A stretch of 58,669 nucleotides of DNA from a virus (taxonomy: Duplodnaviria > Caudoviricetes), in the IMG/VR virus record IMGVR_UViG_3300042392_001665, positions 1 through 58,669 of that record; one strand, 5' to 3'. Every line of letters starts with the position of its first letter. Positions within the stretch are counted from its first letter, which is position 1. The position numbers and the translations under genes were made by a program. This document shows positions 26,032 through 36,000 of this stretch, one piece after another. Under the pieces are notes generated by a model, which was given only the letters and a program-made list of their open reading frames with translations, was not told where the DNA came from and did not search any database.

Positions 26032-27948
26032 ATGGCAGAAAGTAAAGGTGAATTTTTAAAATACTTATTAAATCTAGGTATAGAAAAGGGTGATGCTGAC
26101 AAGGCTGCCGATAGGTATGGTAAAGCAATATCTGAAATTTCATCAAAAACATCAAAACAAAGTTCTAGTACAGGTTCTGGTACTGCTGGATTAAGCCAAG
26201 CTTTTATAGATCAACAAGCAACAAACATTGCTAGGGTCAACGTTCAAACAGGTGAAAAAATAATAGCCGCGTTATCAAAAACAATTAGTTTAAATCCAAT
26301 TGAAATTGCTAAAGCAATAATTTCAGGCGGTATTGATGGAATTAAAGCGGTTATCGCTGATATCACTAATTTAGATAAAGAATTAATAGAAAGAGTTAAA
26401 GGTGCTGGTGGGTATGTGGGAAGTACTGCTCAGGGTATGATGGATTCCACCAGAGAAGCTATGATAGCATCACAGCAATTTGGTGTAGCAACAAATGATA
26501 CCTTAGACGCTGTTAAAGATTTAATGGTCAATTCCGAGAGAATGTCCATGTACAATGATAAAACCATTTCTACAGCTATGGTTGCGTCATTAGCTTTTGC
26601 TAAGAATTCTAGAGTTATATTAGAAAACGCTGAAAATTTTAGGAATGTTGGTTTAGGATTAGATGGAGCTGCAAAGTCAATAACAGATATTGGTTTAAAA
26701 TCTGTTAAAGTTGGTTTAAGTGCAAAATCAACAACCGATACATTAGTGATGCAGCTCGGTAAATTAAATCAATTTGGTTTTCAAGGTGGTATTGCTGGTT
26801 TAGGTAAAATGGTTCAACAAGCTCAATCACTAAAAATAAACATGGAAGATGTTTTTAGAGTAGCCGATAAATTATATGATCCAGAAAGTGCAATAAATTT
26901 AGCTGCTAACTTACAAGTTGTTGGTGGTGCTATTGGAGATTTTTCCGACCCAATAAAATTAATGTATGATGCAACAAATGATGTTGGTTCATTACAAACA
27001 AGCATTATTGGTGCAGCAAGAAGTTTAGCAACATATAACGCAGAGCAAGGTAGATTTGAAGTAACTGGGGCCAATTTAAGAAGAGCTAAGGCCATGTCCG
27101 ACGCTTTAGGTATATCGATGGGTGAATTGACTAATATGGCTGTTAAAGGGGCTGCAAAGATGGAAGCTATGAGTGAATTAGATATGTTCCCATCACTTAG
27201 TGACGATCAAAAAGAATTTGTTTCCAATTTATCTACAATTAAAGACGGTAGAGTTGGATTTGATATACCAAAAGATATGGCTAAAAACTTGGGCCTAACA
27301 AATGTGGTTGATGGGTTTGTTGGTTTGAGTGATTTATCAGATGATCAAGTAAAATTATTACAAAAATTACAAGAAGAAGCTGCTGAACAAACACCAGAAA
27401 AAATAGCAAAAGATCAATTCAACCAAACAACACAAATCTTAAATGTTGCAACAGCAATTTATTTAAGAATGATGGAGGATACCAGAAAAAGCTCACTTGG
27501 AAAGGCCGCAACTGATGGAATGAATGAAGCTGCAAAATTTATGGAGAAATTTAATCCAGCACAACAAAGTACCGGAGAAATAACAAATCAAGCAATAGAA
27601 GAAGTAAGTAAATTAGCAAAAGATACATCTGAATTATTTAAGGGTAAACTTAAAGAATCAATAGACCCAGATATATTAAAGGTTATTGATGAATTAAAAC
27701 AAAAGACTAGCGAAATTTATAATCAAATGAATATACCTGAAATTATAAATAAGGGTAAAGAGGCTGGTGGGGATATAATTGACAAGGGAATTGAACTTAT
27801 TAAAGAAATATTCGTAAATGTTAAAGTTGATATAAACAGCAACAATAGTGCATTAGCTGGTATAGTTGTGGATGAAATTGAAAGAACACCACAATTAAAG
27901 GCGTCACTTGCGTCTAGTATAGTTAAGGGTATTAATGATTACGCATAA
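26032..27948 (+). CDS. Tape measure protein
   Basis: Ala/Gly-rich helical 638-aa protein directly after the chaperone. Confidence 0.75.
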   Translation: MAESKGEFLKYLLNLGIEKGDADKAADRYGKAISEISSKTSKQSSSTGSGTAGLSQAFIDQQATNIARVNVQTGEKIIAALSKTISLNPIEIAKAIISGGIDGIKAVIADITNLDKELIERVKGAGGYVGSTAQGMMDSTREAMIASQQFGVATNDTLDAVKDLMVNSERMSMYNDKTISTAMVASLAFAKNSRVILENAENFRNVGLGLDGAAKSITDIGLKSVKVGLSAKSTTDTLVMQLGKLNQFGFQGGIAGLGKMVQQAQSLKINMEDVFRVADKLYDPESAINLAANLQVVGGAIGDFSDPIKLMYDATNDVGSLQTSIIGAARSLATYNAEQGRFEVTGANLRRAKAMSDALGISMGELTNMAVKGAAKMEAMSELDMFPSLSDDQKEFVSNLSTIKDGRVGFDIPKDMAKNLGLTNVVDGFVGLSDLSDDQVKLLQKLQEEAAEQTPEKIAKDQFNQTTQILNVATAIYLRMMEDTRKSSLGKAATDGMNEAAKFMEKFNPAQQSTGEITNQAIEEVSKLAKDTSELFKGKLKESIDPDILKVIDELKQKTSEIYNQMNIPEIINKGKEAGGDIIDKGIELIKEIFVNVKVDINSNNSALAGIVVDEIERTPQLKASLASSIVKGINDYA

Positions 27949-27987
27949 TAAAACAATAAATTATCTATTTATTAGATAAACAAATAG

Positions 27988-30900
27988 ATGCCAAGCTACT
28001 TAGATTTTGATGCAACAAAAGGTTTTAGAAATGAACTACTAGCTAAAACTTTAAATGCGCCTAATGGTCCTCAGACTTTTAGTAGTAGTAACTATCCTAT
28101 TCAAAAAACAAACAGCTTTCCGAACAAGGATCAAGGTGATGTAATATTAAACCAACAAACATCTAGAGATGCACAAATAATATCTACTGGAACAAGTAAT
28201 AGGTTTGCACCAGAAAATGGTGATTATGTTGTTGTTGAAGATGTAAGAAATATAACATCAATAGATAATGTTGGTATATATCCATATTTTCCAATTAATA
28301 GTGGTATTTTAGGTAGGGGTTTAATAGGTGCGTTGGATTCTAAAAACTATGAATTTGAATCTAAATTAGCAAAGTTTGCTAACTATCATATATCTGAAAG
28401 CCCAGATGGTCCTGTTCAAGCAAGGATTAGACAAAATTTACAAACAGCAACACTTGGTAGAGTTAGAGCACTTGATGCATTTAATGGTAATTTATCTACT
28501 GCTGTTAATTTATTTACAGGTAAAGAAAAATTAATTGAAAAAAATTATAAGATTACCGTTGCTAAAACATTAGCTGGTAAAGCAATTGATTTTGTTCAAA
28601 CAATTGCTGGCGTGGAATTTCCCTTTTCAGAAATTCCTGGTGATTATTTAAGTAATCCAGCTAATCCTGTAATTAATAGACCGGTACCTAAAACAGAATT
28701 TGGAAAAATCTTTCAAGATGCAACTGGCGCACTAGGATCTTTATTAGGAATTCAAAGAAGACCTAAATTAAGTAGAAAGCCATCAGATTTAATGATTGAA
28801 TATCTGAGTGATGGTCAAAAAGGTATATTATATAATAATTTATCTTTTTCAACATACGCGCCAAACTACACACTATCTGCTAGATCACAAAATTCTAGTA
28901 AAATATTTAACTTTGTTGATAGAATAGCATCTGGCATTAATAAAATTATTGGTCTAGAAGCTCCAGCAGGTAAAGCGTATATTGGTGACGATAGAGGTAA
29001 TGATGTTAGAGATACAATAGCTGATTTTAATAATAACAAAACAAGAAGCCCTTATTATCTTTCTTTATTGTTTGATGAAACTGCAACTCGTCTATTTCAT
29101 AAAGAAAAAAATATTTCAGAAAGAGGTGCCATACCAGGAAAACTAACTTGGTATAGTATTAACAGTAAAAATAAATTGGGTTATGGTAATTTAGAATACC
29201 AAAGCGAAAGCTCAGTATTTGAGGAAACATTATCAACAAAACATACATTTAGAGATGATTCTATTTTAGGTAAAACACAAGAATTATTAAATTCATTACC
29301 TAAAGATGGTGGGCAATCAAGATCACACGTCGCTAATGTTATTGATCAAACAAGTAGAATATTCAGAGAAGGTGACACGCTTTTATCTAGAGGGTCTGCA
29401 ATAAAATATATTGATAAATCAACGGGCAAAGAAGACGGTACAGAATATTGTAGAGTATGGACTAAAGATAGATCATACATGAATTATTCTGATACAATGA
29501 AAAGAACAGGTTTAATAAGAAAAGTTGAAGATAGTGTTTTATCAACACCATGGAACTTGAATATTGCACCAATGTCAAATGGCAACGGATCGTTTGATCA
29601 AAGTTCAACCAACATCGATGCGGTTGCAGGTAAAGTTAAAAAATATATGTTTTCTCTTGAAAATTTATCATGGAAAACATCAAACAAGTTTGGTTATACA
29701 TATGATGACTTACCATATTGCGAAAGAGGGCCAAACGGTGGTCGTGTTATGTGGTTTCCACCATATGACTTAAAGGTTAACGAAACAAATAGTGCAAACT
29801 GGGATAAAAATAATTTTTTAGGAAGACCAGAGCCAATTTATACATATCAAAATACAGAGAGAAGTGGTACAGTATCGTTTAAAGTGATTGTTGATCATCC
29901 AAGTATTTTAAATTTATTAATAAAAGAAATAACTGATGAACAGGCGGAAGAATATTTAAATTCTGTATTTGCTGGATGTCAAGATATTGATTTTTATACG
30001 TTAGTTAGAAAATATACAACATTAGATAGATCTGATTTAGAATTAGTACAAGCGTATATTGATTATTATAAAAATAAAAATACATTCGATATACTAGATT
30101 CAATAGAATTTAGAAATATTGCTGGTGATGTAACAACAACACCCGGTACAACAACACCTGGAACGGGTCCTAGTGAAACACTTAACCCAGCATTAAATTA
30201 CAGTGGAATTTTGTTTTTCCCTAATGATATTCCATTTCCACAGGATGATTTATATGCTAGTGAAGATTATGGACAAATTTATTCTGGGTATACAAAACAA
30301 GAAACAAAAACCATTTTTAATTCAACACTTAATACCGAATTAACTAAAATATTAACCGTTGATACAACAAATAATAAATCAGATAGAAATACAATATATG
30401 GTAGTGAAGCACCAACAGGGACAACAGCATCTTTAGTTACTAGAACACAAGGTCAAATAACCACAGCATTTCAGTTATTAGAAAATAACTATAGTTCTTT
30501 AACAGAAACTTTAACTGGGATAAAAGCTGAACTTACTAAAAACAATTTAAAAAATATTGACATTAGAATTGAGTCATCAACATCGTTTGTTGCTGATGAA
30601 AAATACAATATTAAATTATCATATAGAAGATCCGATAGTGTAATTAAACATATTTTAAAAACGCTTTCAAAAAACAATGATGTTCCGGCAAGCGTTTCAA
30701 AATATTGGACTAAATCTAAAAGTGAACTTGAATCTAAACCATCTGAAGTTAAAGAAGATTTAACTATAAAATTAAAAGATTTGGGATATGGTGAAGACAT
30801 TGTCGGCGATATTAATATATCATTTACAAATAAAGGAGAAAATGCAACCAGAACAGGTCCAGAAGGATATGATTGTCATAAACAAGAGATAAAAAATACT

Positions 30901-32760
30901 GGAGGGTTAAAAAAATATACACCAGTTACATTTTATTGCAGATCTGTTGATGTTAAAGTTCAAGCATATCCTAAACCAACACAAATACCTGCTAAACCAG
31001 GAACGGCCATACCGGGTAAAGATGTTATTGGGCCCGAAAAAACAGATATTTTTGTTAATAAAATAAAACAAAATAAAAAACCACCATTAGATGTGGTTAA
31101 AAAACTTATAATGAAGACATTATCTGAATGTTTTTATTTTAAGAAGTTAGAAGAAACAGATCCTGTTGTTTTTAATTCTCTTAAACAAAAATTTAGATAT
31201 TTTCATCCTGCGTTTCACTCAATGACACCAGAAGGATTAAATGCTAGACTAACATTCTTACAACAATGTATTAGACCTGGTGACACTATACCAATTAAAG
31301 GATTAAATGCCGAAAGTAATGGTAATGTTGTTGATGCAAGAAACACAACCTTTGGCCCACCTCCTGTTTGTGTTTTAAGAATAGGGGATTTTTATCATTC
31401 AAAAATAGTTATTACAAATCTTAATATTACATTTGAAAATTCAACATGGGATTTAAATCCTGAGGGTATTGGGGTTCAACCAATGATAGCGGATGTTACA
31501 TTACAAATAAACTTTATTGGTGGTCAAGGTATTAAAGAACCGGTTGCAAAACTACAAAATGCGCTAAGCTCTAACTTCTATGCAAATACAGAAATATATG
31601 ACTATAGAGCAGATTCAACAGTTAATCAATCAGATCTTCAAGCATTCAATCTTGATTTCTTAGAAAAAATTGCTAATAAAGTTGAAACACCAAAGAATAC
31701 TGGTCTTGATGTTTCACAAAACCCTAAGAAAGAAGGAAAGTACGTTGGTACATTAACCAATGAGATGACGTACAAAGAAAATAGAGATAAACTATTAGTG
31801 GCAACAAATAATTACTTTGATAAATTCAAAGACACATACAATAAATTACTAACATCATATGGCAATGAAATGTTACCACTATTTATTTCACCAACATATA
31901 GAGTAACAAATCAGTTGGAGATACAAGATACTATTAGCTCAACATCATCAGTTACTTTACTTGGTAACTATCTTAAAACCAGGGATTTTGTAAATTTACA
32001 TGGTCGATTAGTAACAAAATTATTAGATAAGGTTTCCTCTTCTGATCATAATTTAGTTTTAGATTTAGGTATAGATCCAGTGTCTACTAAGTATGAGAGA
32101 TCAAGAACAATTATTGATTCATATGTTAAAAAAACGGTTACTGATTTTTTAAACTCAATTAGAGATGAAAAATTAATAAAAGATCTTGAAACAAATAGAA
32201 ATACATTAATTGAATTAATTGATGGTTTTAATTTTGTTATGGAAACGGCTGGTAAAGATGCAAGGATAGATAAAGAAGTTATTACCGTAGTAACATTAAC
32301 AGATTTTGATCATCAAAAGTTTTATAAACAATATGAAGATGCTGTTAATTTAATTAAAGATAAACATTCGATGTTTACATCTGATTTAAATTCAAGTGTT
32401 GATTTTGCGGACCCTTCTTTTACAGATGATTTATATAATAAAGTATTAGCTTTTATAATTAAAAATAAGGTAACTGATATTATTAAGGAGTATGAGAACT
32501 CACCAGATAAAAATTTATTTGATCAAAACGCAATAAACAAAATAGAAAAGAAAGTAAACAAATTCATTAAAAAAGCAACAGATATTGATGAAAAGAAATT
32601 TAAATATAAAAAGGTAGAAAATAAAAAAGATTTTAAACCATATGCGGCAACTCTTACTGGTTCAATAACAGGACCTCAACAAGAAAAAATAAAAAATGTG
32701 CATAGTTTAAAAGATAATTCAACAGAATCTAAATTAAACTTTTCTAAAGTAATTAAATAA
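27988..32760 (+). CDS. Large baseplate/tube-initiator protein (gp48/gp54-like segments) with OmpA-like insert
   Basis: 'W...FLGRPEPIYTYQNTERSGTVSF' and 'PPVCVLRIGD...ITNLNITF...WD...PM.ADVTL' flank 'YNIKLSYRRSDSV'. Confidence 0.6.
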   Translation: MPSYLDFDATKGFRNELLAKTLNAPNGPQTFSSSNYPIQKTNSFPNKDQGDVILNQQTSRDAQIISTGTSNRFAPENGDYVVVEDVRNITSIDNVGIYPYFPINSGILGRGLIGALDSKNYEFESKLAKFANYHISESPDGPVQARIRQNLQTATLGRVRALDAFNGNLSTAVNLFTGKEKLIEKNYKITVAKTLAGKAIDFVQTIAGVEFPFSEIPGDYLSNPANPVINRPVPKTEFGKIFQDATGALGSLLGIQRRPKLSRKPSDLMIEYLSDGQKGILYNNLSFSTYAPNYTLSARSQNSSKIFNFVDRIASGINKIIGLEAPAGKAYIGDDRGNDVRDTIADFNNNKTRSPYYLSLLFDETATRLFHKEKNISERGAIPGKLTWYSINSKNKLGYGNLEYQSESSVFEETLSTKHTFRDDSILGKTQELLNSLPKDGGQSRSHVANVIDQTSRIFREGDTLLSRGSAIKYIDKSTGKEDGTEYCRVWTKDRSYMNYSDTMKRTGLIRKVEDSVLSTPWNLNIAPMSNGNGSFDQSSTNIDAVAGKVKKYMFSLENLSWKTSNKFGYTYDDLPYCERGPNGGRVMWFPPYDLKVNETNSANWDKNNFLGRPEPIYTYQNTERSGTVSFKVIVDHPSILNLLIKEITDEQAEEYLNSVFAGCQDIDFYTLVRKYTTLDRSDLELVQAYIDYYKNKNTFDILDSIEFRNIAGDVTTTPGTTTPGTGPSETLNPALNYSGILFFPNDIPFPQDDLYASEDYGQIYSGYTKQETKTIFNSTLNTELTKILTVDTTNNKSDRNTIYGSEAPTGTTASLVTRTQGQITTAFQLLENNYSSLTETLTGIKAELTKNNLKNIDIRIESSTSFVADEKYNIKLSYRRSDSVIKHILKTLSKNNDVPASVSKYWTKSKSELESKPSEVKEDLTIKLKDLGYGEDIVGDINISFTNKGENATRTGPEGYDCHKQEIKNTGGLKKYTPVTFYCRSVDVKVQAYPKPTQIPAKPGTAIPGKDVIGPEKTDIFVNKIKQNKKPPLDVVKKLIMKTLSECFYFKKLEETDPVVFNSLKQKFRYFHPAFHSMTPEGLNARLTFLQQCIRPGDTIPIKGLNAESNGNVVDARNTTFGPPPVCVLRIGDFYHSKIVITNLNITFENSTWDLNPEGIGVQPMIADVTLQINFIGGQGIKEPVAKLQNALSSNFYANTEIYDYRADSTVNQSDLQAFNLDFLEKIANKVETPKNTGLDVSQNPKKEGKYVGTLTNEMTYKENRDKLLVATNNYFDKFKDTYNKLLTSYGNEMLPLFISPTYRVTNQLEIQDTISSTSSVTLLGNYLKTRDFVNLHGRLVTKLLDKVSSSDHNLVLDLGIDPVSTKYERSRTIIDSYVKKTVTDFLNSIRDEKLIKDLETNRNTLIELIDGFNFVMETAGKDARIDKEVITVVTLTDFDHQKFYKQYEDAVNLIKDKHSMFTSDLNSSVDFADPSFTDDLYNKVLAFIIKNKVTDIIKEYENSPDKNLFDQNAINKIEKKVNKFIKKATDIDEKKFKYKKVENKKDFKPYAATLTGSITGPQQEKIKNVHSLKDNSTESKLNFSKVIK

Positions 32761-33080
32761 TGAGTCAATATTTTAACAGATATGAGTATTTTATAGAGGA
32801 TGGTGAATCTAAAATTGTACCCGGAATTGAAATACCATTAAAGTCAACCGATAAGTATGTTAAGTATATGAAGGGTAAAGATAGATTGGACAAAATGTCA
32901 CAGGAATACTATAATACACCACTTTTTGGTTGGTTAATCATGTTATCTAACCCAAAACTAGGGTCTCTCGAATTTGAGATACCCGATAATTCGATTGTCA
33001 GAATTCCGTTTCCTCTCATTAATTCTTTACAAGAATACAAAAAGAACGTAGAATTGTATAAACTATATTATGGGGAATAG
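32760..33080 (+). CDS. LysM-like baseplate protein (gp53/gpX-like)
   Basis: 'KDRLDKMSQEYYNTPLFGWLIMLSNP...IVRIP'. Confidence 0.75.
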   Translation: MSQYFNRYEYFIEDGESKIVPGIEIPLKSTDKYVKYMKGKDRLDKMSQEYYNTPLFGWLIMLSNPKLGSLEFEIPDNSIVRIPFPLINSLQEYKKNVELYKLYYGE

Positions 33081-36000
33081 TAATTTAAATCAAAATGAAA
33101 ACATATTAGTAGTAGTTGATCAGCAAAATATTGTGCACGTTGATCCTAATACAATTATTGATCAAAATGGTCAACTACAAAGTAGATTAGTTGATCATGA
33201 AAACTTAGTCATGTATGTTAATTTAGAAGCCGATTTAGTTCCTAGAAGTATTTTTTATTCGGATTCAGAAAAAAATACACTAACATCACTAGCATCGGGG
33301 ACCTTTAATATGATGCGAAATCAAGGTGATAAAAATGAATTTGAAAACAATTTTGACACTAATTGGACAGAAACTTTTGTTCCAATATCATCAAAGCAAG
33401 ATACAATTAATGCGGTTATAAATGCTTTTGCTGGTACAAACTTAAACAGATCAACAACGTATGATCCTTCAGCACAAACATTTGGAATTGAAAGCATTAA
33501 CATTGTTGTTAAAGGGCCTAATAATATTCCACAAGTATCAATAAATTTTCTTGATGTTAGAGGTAAGACATTATTTGATTCGCCAGACAATTCCCCATAC
33601 AAAGCTTTTTTCCATCAACCATGGCCAATATTTTATTTAACGGTTAAGGGGTTTTATGGTAAAGCAATAAGATATCGAATTCAACTTGTCGATTTTAAAA
33701 CTAAATTTAATGGTAATACAGGTAATTTTGAAATATCAACAAAATTCGTTGGCTCAACATACGCCTTTTTAAATGATATTTTACTTGCAAATATTGTTAA
33801 CGCACCATACATGTATATGGTGGAATCTAGCGAACCATATAGAACAAACAATAAAACAGGTTTTGTTGAGAAAAAAATATCTAAAACAACAAAAGGCTAT
33901 TCTATTTTAAAATCGGTTTATTCAGATTATAAAGCAAAGGGATACATTCCTAAAGATTTCCCCGTTAAAACTCTTAGGGAACTTTTAATGACAGCAACAG
34001 GTATAGAAAGTATTATCGAGACGGCTCTTTTTAGTCAAACCGTTAATCCAGATGTATTAAGTGATGTGGCAGAATTTGATAAGCTTTTAGGTAATTTAGA
34101 AAATATGGTGATATCTTGGTCTAATAGATATCTAACAAAAACAGAAGAAAAAACAAAAGACGGAGATTTTTATTATCCTTTAAATAAAACAACAAGTGAT
34201 AGGACTCAAACCTCTACCGGCCCAGCTAATGCTGATATCGTCAGTGGAACTACAAATAATTCATCACTAAAAAGTAAAATAGACAAATATATTATTGATC
34301 TAGAAAACAATGTTGCGTTTGGTAAACTTGCGGGGTCTAAAGAAATAAAAAATAAGGATTCGATAAAAACTAAAACAATTTCACTAAATTCTATAAGAAA
34401 CATAACCGATTTTTTCTTTTTTGAAGATGGAAAATATTGGGTATCAAATGAGAAATTAGTTGATAGGATTAAAAAAATTCAAAACGAGTTTATTACAAGT
34501 AGAGAATCTGTTGAAAAAGGTGTTGAAGATGCCATGAACACCGTTATTCAAAACAATGAAGGTGGTTTTGGGTTTAAACCAACAATTAGAAACATATTCG
34601 CAGTTATTTTAGCTAATGCCGATACCTATATCCGATTAATGAAAGATGTTCATAGAAAAGCTATACAACGATCTGAATTTAGAAAAAAAGAAATCATTGG
34701 TATTAGCGATAATAAAGATGAAGTAATTTATCCTTGGCCAGAAGTTAAAAAGAAAGGTAATAAAGAATCATATTCTTTTTATTACCCGGCTGACAGCCAA
34801 GTTGTTGAATCAACAAAGGGTAAGAATTTTTCTCTTTGGCCAGAAGTTGAGTTTGTTGAAACATATAATAGTGTTGCAACAAAAAGAGTTGACGCAGAAA
34901 GCGGTAAAGAAATTTTCCCATCAGATCTCATGTTTGTTTTTGATGGTAAAGATGAGTCAAGAGAAGTTAGAGCTGTCAGCACGTTATTCAAAATAAATGA
35001 CAAATATCCATATACTGACAAATCACTATCATCGATATTATATGAAATTTTTGAAAGAGCACACTACATAACATCATATAACAATTTCACAACAGATAAG
35101 GTAATAAGCGAGATATGCAATAAAGAGTTTGAAACCTTAAGTAGTGCTATAGATGGTGATGTTGATGTTAGAGAAGTTTTAAGTCAACAAATTAAGGGTA
35201 AACAAGAATTGGTTAATTTTATGTTTTCTTATTCTAAAAATGAAAGATACCCCTACTATCAAGATAGACTCCCAACTATTGATTATATAAAAGAACTTGT
35301 AGATAGGGATTTTGACATTATTGAATATAATGGCGCTGTAACAAATAGCGTTACAGATAGTGCATATCCAGAATTACAAGATTATCTTAATAATTACGTG
35401 GTTGATCCATATAGATTAAAAGAATTTCCATTTAATTCAACTCTTTATCAATCCTATATTGGAAATAAAGTTTTAAAAGAAAGTGACTACAAATATGTTA
35501 ACATCTTAAAGGTAAATCAAGATGATAATTTTATTAGTTCACCTATTAATTCAGAATCATGGATTTTAAGTGCGTTCACTAAAAATATTTTTACACAAAA
35601 AATAACACTTAGTGGGCAAACAAGAAATTTACTTAATACCCCATATTTTCACAAACAGTTATATAATGACTTTTTTAAAGGTGGCGTATCCGAAAGATAT
35701 GTTGGTTCTGCTTATATTCTGTTAAACTCATTACCATTTAAAGATCTAGACGATATTATAGATTTTAATGGGAATAAAATTTTGATGTCTTCTTTATTTA
35801 AAGAAGTTGCAGCGACACATTACGTTCCATATTATCTAATATTAAAGTGGGGTTCGATATATCATAGATATAAGAAACAGTTAAAAGAAGGAATAGATAT
35901 TTTAAGTGGAGTAACAACATCAATAAACGGATCTACCTTTTTTGATAATGGAACAAACGTTACTTTTAATCTAAGTGGTATAACACCATCAATGAGTGCT

